This document shows, piece by piece, positions 50,461 through 63,807 of a DNA stretch of 64,000 bases (the stretch's first letter is position 1; every line of letters begins with the position of its first letter). Under the pieces are notes generated by a model that was not told where the DNA came from, ran no database searches, and saw nothing but the letters and a program-made list of their open reading frames with translations. The stretch is taken from positions 620,001 through 684,000 of the forward strand of contig LSRY02000043.1 of assembly GCA_001643675.2 (NCBI GenBank), given 5' to 3'. The DNA comes from Monocercomonoides exilis PA203 (lineage: Eukaryota; Protista; Preaxostyla). Made by a program: the position numbers and the translations under genes.

Positions 50461-52228
50461 TGAACACTCTAAAACGCTCTATCCTCTTGCCAGAACAAGC
50501 TCAATAATATCATTGTCATGTTTTTGAAGTTCAATGATGAAAATCACAGCATTGTTACTTTTTCATAAAAAAAGCTGCGTGATTGCATCGTCAAAAATTC
50601 AAATTGTTCTGTTCCTTTATCTGCTTTGATCAGTCCATAATCAGTTAATCCTTCACAGCCTTCTCATTTTTAATGAGCGTTCAATCTTTCAGATTCGATC
50701 ATCCATTGTTTGAACAAGTATAAATAAAATAATTGATTTCGCTTGTGAATGAAGAGTTCGCAATAAAGTTACCAGTTCAAAATAAATAATGCACGAAATC
50801 TTCATTGCTGCTCCTTCTGCTCCTTCAAGCGATGAAACACATTCCAATGAGCACTTATTGTTATCATTCGATTTCATTGTTATCCCACTGAGATCAACAC
50901 TTTTCAGAAGAACCTCTTTTCCAATTGTGAATGAATTTCATTCTTTTTCTTTAAGAAATCGATCCAAACAATAATCAATTAAATTGACAAAGGATAATAA
51001 AAGAACCTGCAAGTATTCATGCCTTTCCTTCTTCAACCAATAAATAGCCCTGAGATAATTGCTCCCAAAAAATAGATTAATGGAATAGCAATTGTTGTAT
51101 CATTTCCATCAAATCCCCTCATTGAATCCAATGAAATATCAATCAGATGCTCTGTAACAAAAGGAATAGATGTGTTTATGATGCTTTTGTCAAGTTCAAT
51201 GCTTCAACGAATTGATCGTTTCCATATCTCGTAGCGTTTGGCTTGTCAGCCTCAATAACAGGAGATGATATCTCAAATGAAAAATCGTCATTTATTAACT
51301 TCATCGCAATTTCTCAATGAAATACAGTTCCACCGTTCTCCTAAGTCCATTATAACCATCTTTTCCTCCTCCCATCCCAAGAAAGACATTTCATCCAGCT
51401 GCAACTATCTCCAAAGACCATGTTCCATTTCTTCACCCCCCATTTTCTATTAAATTCATCTTCTTCAAACTCTCCATCAAATTCTATGAAAATGTTCTAA
51501 CTCTCTCAAAAAAATGCTCCCTTTTCATTTAAATTCGCCATTCTTCCTTTTTGTCTCAGTGATCTACCAATCCCATCAATTTCTGCTCTGTCCAACAGCA
51601 TTTTTTAATTGAATTTCTATCCAATACGCACAATATCAAAAATAATTGAAGAAAATTATCGATTTCAAAAATCGTCACATCCAAGTTCATTCTATTTGCA
51701 AAATAAATAATATTTCGCTCGCTTCTTTTGTTTTCTTTCTCCAAAGAACAATTTGTTTTTTTACGAAATTTGTCAGATTTGTACGTTCTGAAAAGAAAAT
51801 TGCTATAATATCTTCGCAATCAAAAAAAGCATTGAAAATGCATGCAATTGTTTCTTTTTTCTTTTCAACGTGGAAATTGTTGAATATCCTGGGTTATCCA
51901 ATTCTAAAATTCATCAAACAGAATTCCCTCATCTGCAAAGAATTTCCAATAATCAAAGCTGACATATAAAATAACATAATTAATTATGCAGCAAACATTC
52001 ATTCACCGATCTTTCATCTTTCCAATGGATCGTTTCCATCATTTATATCAAAAGATCTGAACATCCATTACAAATAAAGAGAAAAGACAAAGAGTTCATT
52101 ATCTTTTTTATTACAAATCTAAAATGTCAACACAAGATGGAACAGTTTGAACGCATATACAATTTTGTCTTTTATAAGTTTTTATTTTTCACTAATTTCT
52201 TCAATCCAAACATATGCGCTCATTAAAT

Positions 52229-53678
52229 ATGAATGATCAAAATTTTATTATTTTCTGAATTCAATACATTTTTGAAAAAGCAGGAGGCAGAAAACACAAA
52301 GAAGATTACTGGTCTGCAGTTGTTGTATCATTTGAATTCTTTTTAATTGCATTTCTTTTTTATTCTTTTTCAGAATTATTTGATGAGCTTGAGTATAGCG
52401 ACAAGGATGCACAGAAACAGAAAATAGGAAAAGTGAATATACTGATGAGCGAGATGGATAAAGAAGAATTCAAATTAGTTTTCACAAAAGAACTGTTTGA
52501 TAATATCAACAAAATGATTGAAGAAAAGAAAATATCAATGGATAATGCTCTAGTGCTGTTAAACCGCATTGGATATTGGATAAAATTGAAAGGCTTATGG
52601 CGTTATTCTTTTAAAGATTCTCTGTTGTGCAAAAGATTGAAAAAGATGATCGAAGAAGAAAAGAAAAAAGAAGGGAAAAATGAAAAGCTTCTGACTGATC
52701 TCTGTGAATGCTATTTTTTTCTCAGTTACGACTTAACTACGGAAATGCTTTCTATTTGTGTGCCTTGCCTTCTGAAAGTTGCAATGAACAAGGATGAAAG
52801 CAAAGAAGCACAAAAAGAAGTGGAAATGGCTTTATTGGCTTTGAGCAATATTGGATGGGAAGTGTGGATTTTTTATTTCATTTTTGACGTTTTTGAATTT
52901 CTTTCTCATTATTTATAAGGAATTGGATAAAGAACAGTATTTTAATGAAATCAAAGAAATCATCGAGTATCATCAGGAACATCAGAATCTGACACGACTT
53001 GCCTATCAATCAGCTTGGTTTTTTTTATTGTGCAGGTTGAACGATGATAAAAGCTTGGAAGAAGTGATTGTGAATGAATTGCATTTTGCGAGAGAAGCAG
53101 CAAGAGAACTGGAAGAGCTTGCAAAAAATGTGAATTGGAAAAGAAAAGAAGAAGAGGAAAGAGGAAAAGATACGAAAAACGAACGTATTTTTGTGATGTG
53201 GCTAAAAATCTTTGATTGGTATTTTCGCCTTTGCGAATTGCAGAATGAAGGAAATATCGGACTTATTTGCAGCCTTGTTCAAGTGCTTCGAGAAGCAACT
53301 GGTTATAGAATAATAGTTCATCTCTGCATTTTGTGCTTAAGTAGAGCAGTGGAAAACAGAGCTGTGGAAATTGTAGACTTGTTTGAGAGTGGTGCTATTG
53401 ATCTCATTTTGGAGAATATTCATCAAGCAATGTTTGACGACACGATGAGATTTAATTGCTTGGTATTTTTTACGATAGCTTTGATGATGTTGAAAGAAGA
53501 AGATAATGATGAAATGTTGAAAGCGAAAAAAAAGGAAATAAAAATGAAGATATTTGAAAAGATGGAGGAAAACGGTTATGATGATGTTATCATTAACATT
53601 TATGAAGTGATTCCTTTTCACGACTTATACTATCCTGGATTATCAAATGATATTTCTGATTATTTTGTGAATATTTGA
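52229..53678 (+). CDS. Member of a lineage-expanded helical (ARM-like) hypothetical protein family; 5' end possibly disrupted
   Basis: Three exons joined by GT-AG introns (~52312-52373 and ~52862-52919). Motifs KNEKLLTDLCECY, QKEVEMALLALSNIG, HQNLTRLAYQSAW, VIVNELHFAREA, KMEENGYDD. An in-frame TGA follows shortly after the upstream ATG. Confidence 0.7.
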
Positions 53679-54319
53679 AAAAATTCTTTTCATTTCATTT
53701 TGTAGCTCAAAAATTGTATTATTCAATTTTCAATTTTTCAATTTTTCAATTTTTGAAACTCCTTAATTACAACTTTTTCTTTTTTATTCATTTCACAAAA
53801 AGAAAAAAAAAAGTTAGTTGAAATATTTTCTTTTCTTTTTTATAAGATACAATGCAGATTAAATTGAAAAATTTGAATTAATGGAAGTTTTTCTAATAAA
53901 CCTATTTTAATTTGAATAAAGAACGGTAAAAGTGGATAATTCGGCCAGTAATGATTTTTTACTTGTGAACACCTTAAACTATATCGAAACTGAGCTTTAC
54001 GAACTCATTAATAATGATCAGTTATTAAACTCTATTCAAAAATTAAATTATCCACCAACGTAATAAGACTAAAAGAGATAAAAATATTTGATCAAGCCCA
54101 TCATTTTATTTAATCGTTTTCTTTTAGGTTTTTTTCCCTTTAAACTCATTTTCACAACAGAACTCATTGAATTGGGAATAACTTAAAAGAAATTTTATTT
54201 TATCTTCATTTATAAATATATTAAAGCTTCAATACGAAGATACATTTTTTTATCATTATTCAAAAATTGAAAAAATATTGAGTTTCTTTCTTTGCAAAAA
54301 TAGATAATAATTATTGACA

Positions 54320-55605
54320 AGGGTCAACTTTTGAATGGGACTTTTTCCGTTATTGGTTCTTTTTTTGTTTTTGACTTCCAACTTTCAACAAACATTGATT
54401 GGCTTTCAGCACATTAAAAATCCTTTTTAACCAGTTTTATTCTCTTTATTTACTGTTTTCTTTTTTATTTTTGTTTTTTTATACATCGAGAAATTGAGTT
54501 TTTTTGCTAAATTTAATAGGACTTTTCTCAGCAAACCAGGCAATTCACAAGAAATTGATGAGTTGTTTTGAATAGCATAAACTATAATCTAACTATTTTT
54601 AAATCCTTTTTTTTCACAAACACTTTTTTCTTGTTTTTTTCACATTTCAATTTTTAACAACATGCAAGAATAAAACGGATTATTTCTTTGTATTCATGAT
54701 GAAATGATAAAAATAAAAATTTGATATGAAAAACAAATACTCTGATAAAAAAATGTTATATAAATAAAACATAAATATTTTCTGTTTGTCTTTTTCAGAT
54801 AAATGGAGCAAACTTGAAATGGTGAAAAATATTTCATTTCAGGCATTTTCATTGAAAAATAATACACTTAAAATGAACTTTTTTGTTATCAAAAAGCACA
54901 ATTAAAATGAGTTTATTTTTTGAAATACTTGTGAGGTCCCAAAACATTTTGTTATTATATCAATGAGGTTTATTTACAGTTATGAAAATCAAATTTATTT
55001 TGAAATATGATAAAGGTAAATAACGTAATAAGTGAAACAATTATTTCACGCTTTGTGCAAAAAAAGCTTGAAAGTCCGTATTTTCCCCCAAATGATCAAC
55101 GATCTATTTTTGTTGGAGCCATTTGTCCGATAAAGACAAACAGAAAATATTTATGTTTTATTTATATAACATTTTTTTATCAGAGTATTTGTTTTTCATA
55201 TCAAATTTTTATTTTTATCATTTCATCATGAATACAAAGAAATAATCCGTTTTATTCTTGCATGTTGTTAAAAATTGAAATGTGAAAAAAACAAGAAAAA
55301 AGTGTTTGTGAAAAAAAAGGATTTAAAAATAGTTAGATTATAGTTTATGCTATTCAAAACAACTCATCAATTTCTTGTGAATTGCCTGGTTTGCTGAGAA
55401 AAGTCCTATTAAATTTAGCAAAAAAACTCAATTTCTCGATGTATAAAAAAACAAAAATAAAAAAGAAAACAGTAAATAAAGAGAATAAAACTGGTTAAAA
55501 AGGATTTTTAATGTGCTGAAAGCCAATCAATGTTTGTTGAAAGTTGGAAGTCAAAAACAAAAAAAGAACCAATAACGGAAAAAGTCCCATTCAAAAGTTG
55601 ACCCT
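54320..55605. repeat. 474-bp essentially perfect inverted repeat (54320-54793 / 55132-55605) with a 338-bp spacer
   Basis: Direct comparison of the arms. Ends are AGGGTCAAC / GTTGACCCT. The spacer contains the Harbinger-derived repeat. Confidence 0.93.
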
Positions 55606-55662
55606 ATATCTTCATTGAACCAATGATTTATCTGGAAGGAATGTGAAAATGAAATCCTTATG

Positions 55663-55910
55663 ATATTTCAAAACTTTTTTGAAAAGTTCCATTTGTTTAA
55701 TCATCAAATAAAATAAAAATTTCATTTTTCAATCAAATTTCTGTTCCCACAAATAAAACTTAACTAAAATGGAAATAATAACGTTATAAAGGTTCTGTTT
55801 CCATTCCAGTGAAGTTTTGAAAGTGGGAACAGAAACATGATAAAAATATGAAATTATCGTCCTATAAGAAAATTAAACTAAAGGAACTTTACAAAAAAAT
55901 TTAGACATAT
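55663..55910. mobile_element. Foldback MITE family C (~250 bp, ~100-bp arms)
   Basis: TTTTTTGAAAAGTTCC...CTGTTCCCAC / GTGGGAACAG...GGAACTTTACAAAAAAATTTAGACATAT. Related copies at 57470-57713 and 36346-36520. Confidence 0.75.
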
Positions 55911-57222
55911 TGACAAAAAATCTTGAATATTATTGACTTATAAAAACACTCCAAAATATAACTTTAATAATGAAATTAAATTTCATAAAAAATAATTAAA
56001 ACTGCGTTTTTGCAAAGCTCCAAAACAATCAACATTATAAACTACATAACATTAAAAAGATTTTTGTTTTTAATAAATGAAATATTTATCAGTTTCATTA
56101 TTTGAAATTGGAAAACACCAATGCTCTTTCAAATCCAAAAAAATAATCACTTTATCTTTTTTCAACTTTTCTTTCTTTTCAGGAAAAATAATTTCTGTGA
56201 TGTGATATTATTTTTAAATATTGAATTATTAAATTCAATTCATCATTTTCTTTTTGGCCTATTTCTTTTCCGTTTCTTTATGTTTCTTCTTTTTTTTCAA
56301 AATTTTTTCATCTTTCACACATTTCACACAAATCTGTCCTTTTTTTAGATTATTAAAAATTTTTTGTTTTCAAACAAAATGTTGAATACGACATTTCAAC
56401 AAATATTTCTTTAATCATGTTTTTAAATAATTCTATTTTTCGTTTTTTCAATCATTCTCCTTTCATTTAAATTAAATATTCTTTTTGAAAGAAAATTACT
56501 ATTTTCGTTTTCTTCTTTTTCAACATTTGCTTTTTCACAAACCTTTTGAACACCAGAGTGCGATTGAATGAAGTTGGTGTTTTCATTATCGGAAGAAAAT
56601 GTGAAAGTGATGTGATTATGTATTTTTTTAAATTTGACTTTCTTTTTTTTTTGATTGTTTTTGTAATTATTATTTATTTTTCTGTTGATATTGTTGATTT
56701 TTGATTCATTAATTATATTTTATTATCTTTGTTATTTTCTAAACAGTTGGATCATTGAAAAACTTCATGCTTCAAGAAATGCTCAGATGAAGAAGTTTTT
56801 TCTTTCTCACTCTGTTTGCTTTGGATAATTCCGATCGGTGAATCGTCTCCTCCTATTAATTGAGGCTGCTGATGAATGGAAGAAGTTGTAGGAACCATTT
56901 TTAAATTTTTTAATCCTTATATAGATTGATTATTTGTAAAAAATAATTCATTTTTTTCCAAAGAAGAAATTAATTATTATTATTTCTAAAAAATAAACCT
57001 TTTTTTTGTCTTTCCATTTTTGCAACTGGCAGAGCTGTTTTTGACAAGCCATTCTTCTATCTTTTCTAATTATTCTTTCTCTTTATATTAATCTGTCAAA
57101 ACAAAACACAAAAACATAATTATAAAGATATACAAACGATAATCATTTGCTTTCTTTTTTCTATGAATGTCTGCCAGGAACTTATTTCTTAAATTGGCTA
57201 TCTGATTTTTTGAGTAAAAAAA

Positions 57223-57843
57223 TTGTCCAAAATGGATGAAATCACATCGCTTTTGCACAACTTTTTGAGACAACATCCAAGTGTGATAATATACGATGCT
57301 GCTAAACACAGAAAAAAATAAAAATTTTTAAATGAAATAATTATTTTTGGGTTGATTTTTTTTTTGAAAATTCTTCATAAAAACGGATTTTTCACTTGCG
57401 ATATTTTTTTTTCATAAATACATATAATTTCAGACTTTTTCAAACAGAATTCTGAAAATTTTTATAATTTGTCTAAATTTTTTTGAAAAGTTCCTTTTGT
57501 TAAATTTTCGAAGAAAATAAAAATTTCATATTTTTTTCAAATTTCTGTTCACATTGACCAAATTTTCTTTCCATGATAATAAAATCTTGACAATGTTGTT
57601 ATATTCATTTGAGTGAATTATTATGAGTAGGAACAGATATTTGATCGAAATATGAAATTTTTGTTTTATTTGAAAATTTAACTGAAAAAACTTTTCAAAA
57701 AAATTTTGACATATATTTTCAGCCCTGTAATTATATTCGATGGAAAATGAATGAAAAACAAGCAAAAAATGTCGGTGCATCGAAAAAATGTGACAAGAAA
57801 CGAATGTGATTGTATTCGATGTGATTATATCCGGTTTCGATAG
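57223..57843 (+). mobile_element. MITE family A copy with a family C MITE (57470-57713) nested inside
   Basis: Colinear with 39473-39922 on both sides of the nested foldback. The 3' TIR is GTGATTATATCCGGTTTCGATAG followed by TA. Confidence 0.75.
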
Positions 57844-58949
57844 TATTCACTTTTTGTTATAAGCCAGCCATCCTCTCTGAGTTATGAAAGTTATATTTCA
57901 GAAGAAATCGCAGAGAGAAGAGAAACTCTATCGTTTCGACCAAGCAAAGCGTAGAGTTGAGACAGATTTTTCAAAATATTTCTTTACTTGTCTGAAATGA
58001 GTAATGATATACGTTAATCAGTTTCTGTAATTTTTAAAAAAAATTGATTTCACAAAAGGAAAGTTTCCGAAAAATTCTTGAATATAAAAAAAAGATCATT
58101 ATCAATGAAAATTGTGAAAAATAATGGAAAGCAAGAGATTGAAAAAAACCGTAATTTAATTACTGAAATCATGTATTTTAAACATTAAAATATCAATGAA
58201 AAGAAGATAAAAATTTATAAACTGCAAAAATTTTTTTAAAAATTTCAACTGTTGAATAATAATGGCTTGAAAGAATAACGAGTTAAATAAAGAATTTAAA
58301 AATATTTATTGATGTTCATCGAAAAAAAGTTTAAAGAAGAAATTAACACAACAACAAATTTGCTCACAATTCCCCATTGCAATTTAAAAAAATTGACAGA
58401 AAACACAATTAACAGTAAATTAATACACAAAGTATTTTCATCTTTTGGATAAAACATTTGAACAAATATTTCAAATGTCTCGAATTCCAATCGGTAGGGT
58501 TTTCCTTATTCACTGTGAAATAAAAATGGAAATAAACATTTTTATTTGTACACAGGAGAAATTAGACGATGATAATCGTCAAATTGATTCTCGTGGCGAC
58601 TTTTCATCGACCACGCTTTTTCAGCATAACAATTCATGATTATTTGGGTTAGAAATTAATCATGAGATTAAAGAAACGAATAAATGGTATCACTTATCAG
58701 ACAAAATGTGCCAAAATCAAATCATAAGCATTTTTGAGGAAATAATTTTGACTTTCAAATGGCTAAAAAAAATACAAAAATTGATCAAATAAATAACAGC
58801 TTCTGATTTTTATCTTTTCAAAAAAAAAGGAGAATCTGCAAGACAAGTGATAAAAGCAGTATTTATATAAGAATGTGAAGCATTGTCAAGTCATTAGAGT
58901 CAATAGTGACTCAAAATTGTTCGCTTCACTTGTAATTGTGGATATTTAT

Positions 58950-61100
58950 GCAAAATCTTAAACTTTGATGGAATTAAAAGCAATTGCATTTTCTTTCCAT
59001 TTCTCATTCTCGGAAACCTGTAAGGTCCCGTGTGAAACAGAATAATACGGGCTTATGTTCCTTTCATCATTCCAAATGTGGCTGAAAGGATATTTTGTTC
59101 CATCAAAAGCTGCAATCCCATAACTGCAGTGGATATTAAAAAAGACGATAAGATACATTTCCTTTTGTTTTCTCTTTCTCATTCTCTCATTGTCTCCATC
59201 TTCTTCTCATCCATACCTTTCCTCAGACGATTCTTTCATACCATGAAATTGTTATTCGCAAATAAGTTGTTTGTATTCCACAGCACAACCACTCCATCAG
59301 TCGAAGCAATGAATTCACTGTTGCATTTTGCTCTTCCCAGAAGTTGCTGAAGTTTTTCCTCTCTTTCTTCTTCTGTTTGTCCATCAGGAGTATTTTCCGC
59401 TTAAACCGTTTCTTTTTCTATCTCTCTTCCTCTTTTCCTTCTCTAGTTTCAACCTTCTCACTTTATCTTTGATATTTCATTAAATAAGATACATCTGCAG
59501 AATTTGTAGAGTTTCTTCAACTGTAGCATTTTAACCTCAACCTATTCAATTTCTTTTCTGCTACATCAAAACGTTATTTCATAATTTTTGAAGCGTTGAG
59601 TAGTATCTATGTTTCATCAAATACTGTATCTGTCTGAACACACTTCTGTGACTTAATATCCAATATTCTTTGAGTTCTATCCAAAGAGAAAGTTACCCGA
59701 TTATTTTTGCTCCCACCTCGCTATGGCTCTTCAACTCTCCAAGAAAATAAAAAGTACTTATATTCCAATGAAGAATCCCGTCACAAAATCCGTTTGTTGC
59801 CTACTGATGAGCTTTCTGCAGTCACACCACTCAAAACACATATCATCTGAAATTGAGGAGGAGAGAATGGTGAATGAGGCTATTGAAAGAAAAGAAGGCA
59901 GAAACCACTTTGTGCGGCTTGCTTGTTTTGTTGTGCATTGCGTTCTGCTTGTGAAGCGCTGTGAAACATTATGATCTTTGCATTCATTTCATTGGCTTCT
60001 TTTTTCTCTAATCTGATTGCTATCTTTATGCTCTTGATAACTTTAAATGCTTTATTCAATAGTAACCTCTCAGTGGAGTTAAAGGATGTTATGTTCATAT
60101 ATTTCATCTCTTCCAAACAGTCCATTCACGTGATACCTTGGAATGGAAGTGCTATGAGAAATTTTCTCCGTTTGGATACACACAAATACAAGAAATCGAG
60201 CAGTTTTTGTAAGAAGGAGAAGAAGATAAAAGTGAATTGTTTGAAGGAGAAGAAGAAGAAAAAGAAAAAGAAGAAGAAAAAGAAAAAGAAGATGAAAAAA
60301 AAAGATAATGATAAAAAAGTTGGCAAAAGATGTGGTGCAGAAGCATATACCGTTCTGGAAATCTTCTTTTTTTCCGTTTTTTCCTGAGCTTTCTTCTGAG
60401 TTATATGCTTTGTCACACTCATGTTCCGAAATTGGTGACGCAATTCCTTTTCTTCATTCAAGAATTTATGCGAGTAGAGCATGTGGAATTAGTCAGCGAG
60501 CAATGATAAGTCGCTCAGCAGCACTCGGCTTCTCATTTCGGACAACTCGCTTCTGCGGATGCGTTCGCTACACACCCAGTTGATAGAACAGAGGAAAACA
60601 CCACGTTATCAAACAGCATTTTGTGAATTGGCATCAATCTGTACGAAAGGATTATTACATTTTTAGTCTTCACTTTGGTAACTGGAACAATAAATATGCT
60701 CAATAACTTCCCAGTTTCTTCAATTCATCTGTTAGCCTGATGCTCGCAGATTTCTCTACTCAGCTTATACTGTTATTCTCACTTTGAATGTTGAATCAGC
60801 TTCAGCATCTCTTTGTTTGTTGACCCAGGAAACAGAACCCGCCCTTTCGCCAGCGCAAATGTCACATGTCACACGTCCAAATGTCTGCCTTCTGCCTCAT
60901 TGCCAAGCTTGGAATTTCTTCTACGTGCCGATCAAAGAGAGACGCCAAATGCGGAGCTCGTATCTCTTTTCCTTCTAAGATGGGCATAACGGAGACAAAT
61001 TCGCACAAACAGATGAGGGGGAATCTCCGTTTCAGATTCCACTTGTGTGAATTCTGAAATTGACATCGAATAAACAGAAAAGAAAGAAGAAGATAGAAAA
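58950..61100 (-). pseudogene. Degenerate gene fragments of unknown family
   Basis: Several colinear minus-strand frames broken by stops (e.g. RRKFLIALPFQGIT*MDCLEEMKYMN...). No domain recognised. Confidence 0.3.
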
Positions 61101-61784
61101 TTTATGCAGAATGAGATGTGGCCTGATTTCTTAAAATTGAATGAATCAATATTTTTCGGGATTCATATGTCCGAATGAAAATCTCTTTCTTTGCAGGTGC
61201 GAAATATTCAATACAAAACGCCTATGTTTTCTCTTTCTGAAGCAATCGATCTCAGCCGTCGACTTTCTCTCTCCTAAATCATCGCGAAATGTTAGCGGTT
61301 GGTCTTCAAAAACGGTCCTTAAATGATTAATGCGATATAAATGCTCAATGCAATATTTTATTCTTATTTTTCATTCAGCTCATAAGGTTCTTTATTCTTT
61401 CTTCTTTATAATCTTTCTTAACTTCTTTTTCTTTTTCATATATCCTCAATAATGATAGAATTCTATGATCCTCAAGAGCGTCGGTTCTTCTTTTTACGTC
61501 CTTTTGAATGATTCATTTTTCATCAAACGTTAGTCATAACAGTGTTTGCAATTTCACAGATAATAACTAACTTTCATCAGCAGAAAAAACAATTCAATTT
61601 CGTTTGTTTCCTTTCTCTTCGTATTTTTTTATTAATGCTGTGATCCTTATCACCCCTTTCTTAAATGCTCTCCTATAATTTCCACAAATATGATGTCAGT
61701 TCATAAAACTCGAATAATATTTAATTATGGTTAACACAAAAATTCTTTTATTGTGTAATAAAGTAACATTCATTGTGATATATA

Positions 61785-63807
61785 GGTTAATGTTTTTATT
61801 GTAACCTTTTTTTTTATTGGCACCTTTTTTCTATTTCTTTGTGAAAGATATAATTTTCTATAAGAAACAAAGATTATTAGCACAAACAATTGTTTTTGTC
61901 ATCAGTGGATGAACAGATGTTCTTATTTGATTTCGGGGAAACAGTGAAATATGTTAGTGAAATTATCGTATGAAAAAAACATGACAAATTCTTTTCAAAA
62001 ACTAATTGAATAAACAAAAATTTATTAAAGCAAATACTACCTATATCAAAACTTGAAAAGTCTTTTGGCTGCATTAAATGGATTTTTTTTTTGATCATTT
62101 CCCAAAAAATTGATTTGTATAATAATGATCAAAAAAAAAAAAAAGCTGAAGAAGGAAAAAGAAAAATGCAAGCAGAAATGGCGTCGATAAACTATCGCAT
62201 TTATGAAAATAGACTCGAGAGAATGGCGCGAATTCTGATTGAAGGAAAAGCCAGGCTTGTGGATGCAACCAACTTCGGTGAATTTTCAAAAAAAAACTCT
62301 CATCCATGCAGTGAAGGCTGTTAAAAGTGACAGGGATGTTGCCAAAGTAGGAAGACCGTCATTGCTGCGCAAGGAAAAAAAGGAAATTGTTACAGACGTA
62401 ATTAAAATTGAAGCAAAGTGTGGAACAAACCTGACAGTGAAGAAAACAAAAGAATTGGTTTGAAAAATATTTTTTTTTCTATTTATTTGTTTCTATTTAG
62501 ATTGAAAATGCGATAGAAGATGAAGATTCAGAGATTTCAGTTGATGCTTCACCAAAAAAAAGAAATTTCAAAATCCGCAACTTATTCCTTCTTGCGAAAT
62601 CAACCCGAATAGAATGTACAAAAGCCAAAAATTTTGGATTCAAAACGTCCTGCAGCATCTTGCCAGGACATTTTGAAACCTTGGTACGAAATGCTTGATG
62701 ATTTGCATTCAAAATACAAATACCGAAGGGAGCTAATCTTTAATGTGGATGAAACATCACTGAGATTATCAGATAATTGCCAAAAACTTGTTGCGACATC
62801 CTCGGAATCTCCTTCAGCCTATTGTCTAGCACCTTCGAGAGTTCAAAATGCGACGCTTGTGGCTGCTGTTGCATCAGATGGATTTTCTTTGCCTACAATT
62901 GATCTTTGGCCAAGTTCAAATGTTCCTGAAGAGTTGACTCCTTTACTATCTCCTTCGCTTGATGTGTGGAGCAATACGAACGGTTGGATGAACTTTTTTT
63001 TATTCGAACGATACTCTTTGCGTGTTCTTCTTCCAGAAATATTAGAAAGAAAGAAAAGGATGAAATTGACTGAAGAGAGATGTTTTCTTTTCGTTGATTC
63101 GCACAGCTCTCGTGCAAACCCTATTATTTGGAGAAAATTTATGGAATCGAATGTGGATGTCATCACATTTGTTCCTCACACAACACATATTTCACAACCT
63201 CTCGATAGAGGTGTTTTTGCTGTTCTTAAATCGGTTTTAAATTCATCAAAAGAAATCCCTCAATCTTCAACAGCTTCTTCCAACAGAAAGGCTTTGGCGG
63301 ACATCCTTCCTCAAGCTCTTCACTCTGCATTCGCACCATCAGTAATTAAGAATGCATTTGATGCAAGTGGTGTTTTGTTCAGATCGTCAGGACCAGTTTT
63401 ACGTAAATTGCCCAAACACTCTTCATTTCCTTTGCCCACTTATTCAAATCGTTTTGATTTTTACGGAAAACTGCTCACAAATGAGGATTTCTTAGAAAAG
63501 TGGAAAGAAGATATCTTTATTCGAACAAGTGCGAAATGTTCCGAAGCCGAAGAAAAAACAGAAAACATTGAAGATACTCTTCCATTAAAGTCAAAGAAGA
63601 AAAGAGTTTATCTAAGAATTTTGCATGATGATTTAGAAAATATCGAAGAAGAAAATTCTGCAGATCAAAGTTCAGGAAAAAGAAAAATTCGAAGACTATT
63701 TGACCCAAGTTTTGTTTATTTTTGCTAATTGAGTCTGTATTTTTTGAATTTTATCACTTCAAAAATTTGGTGCCAATAAAAAAATGGTTCCAATAAAAAC
63801 ACTAACC
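61785..63807 (+). mobile_element. pogo-like (Tc1/mariner superfamily) DNA transposon, full-length
   Basis: ~38-bp TIRs GGTTAATGTTTTTATTGTAACC...ATTGGCACC / rc GGTTAGTGTTTTTATTGGAACC...ATTGGCACC, flanked by TA on both sides. Confidence 0.88.
62166..63728 (+). pseudogene. pogo/CENP-B-like DDE_1 transposase with one intron; N-terminus disrupted
   Basis: The catalytic domain is open: IFNVDET, NGWMN, FVDSHSSR, PHTTHISQPLDRGVF. The N-terminal HTH region has two poly-A frameshifts and a TAG. GT-AG intron at ~62458-62500. Confidence 0.9.

Noticed and set aside
50460-52020. Possible transposase or surface-protein remnants on the minus strand
   Set aside because: Too many stops, and the motifs are too weak to assign by eye.
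59971-60387. ORF with a poly-Lys tract
   Set aside because: An AAG microsatellite within a degenerate region, with no supportable product.
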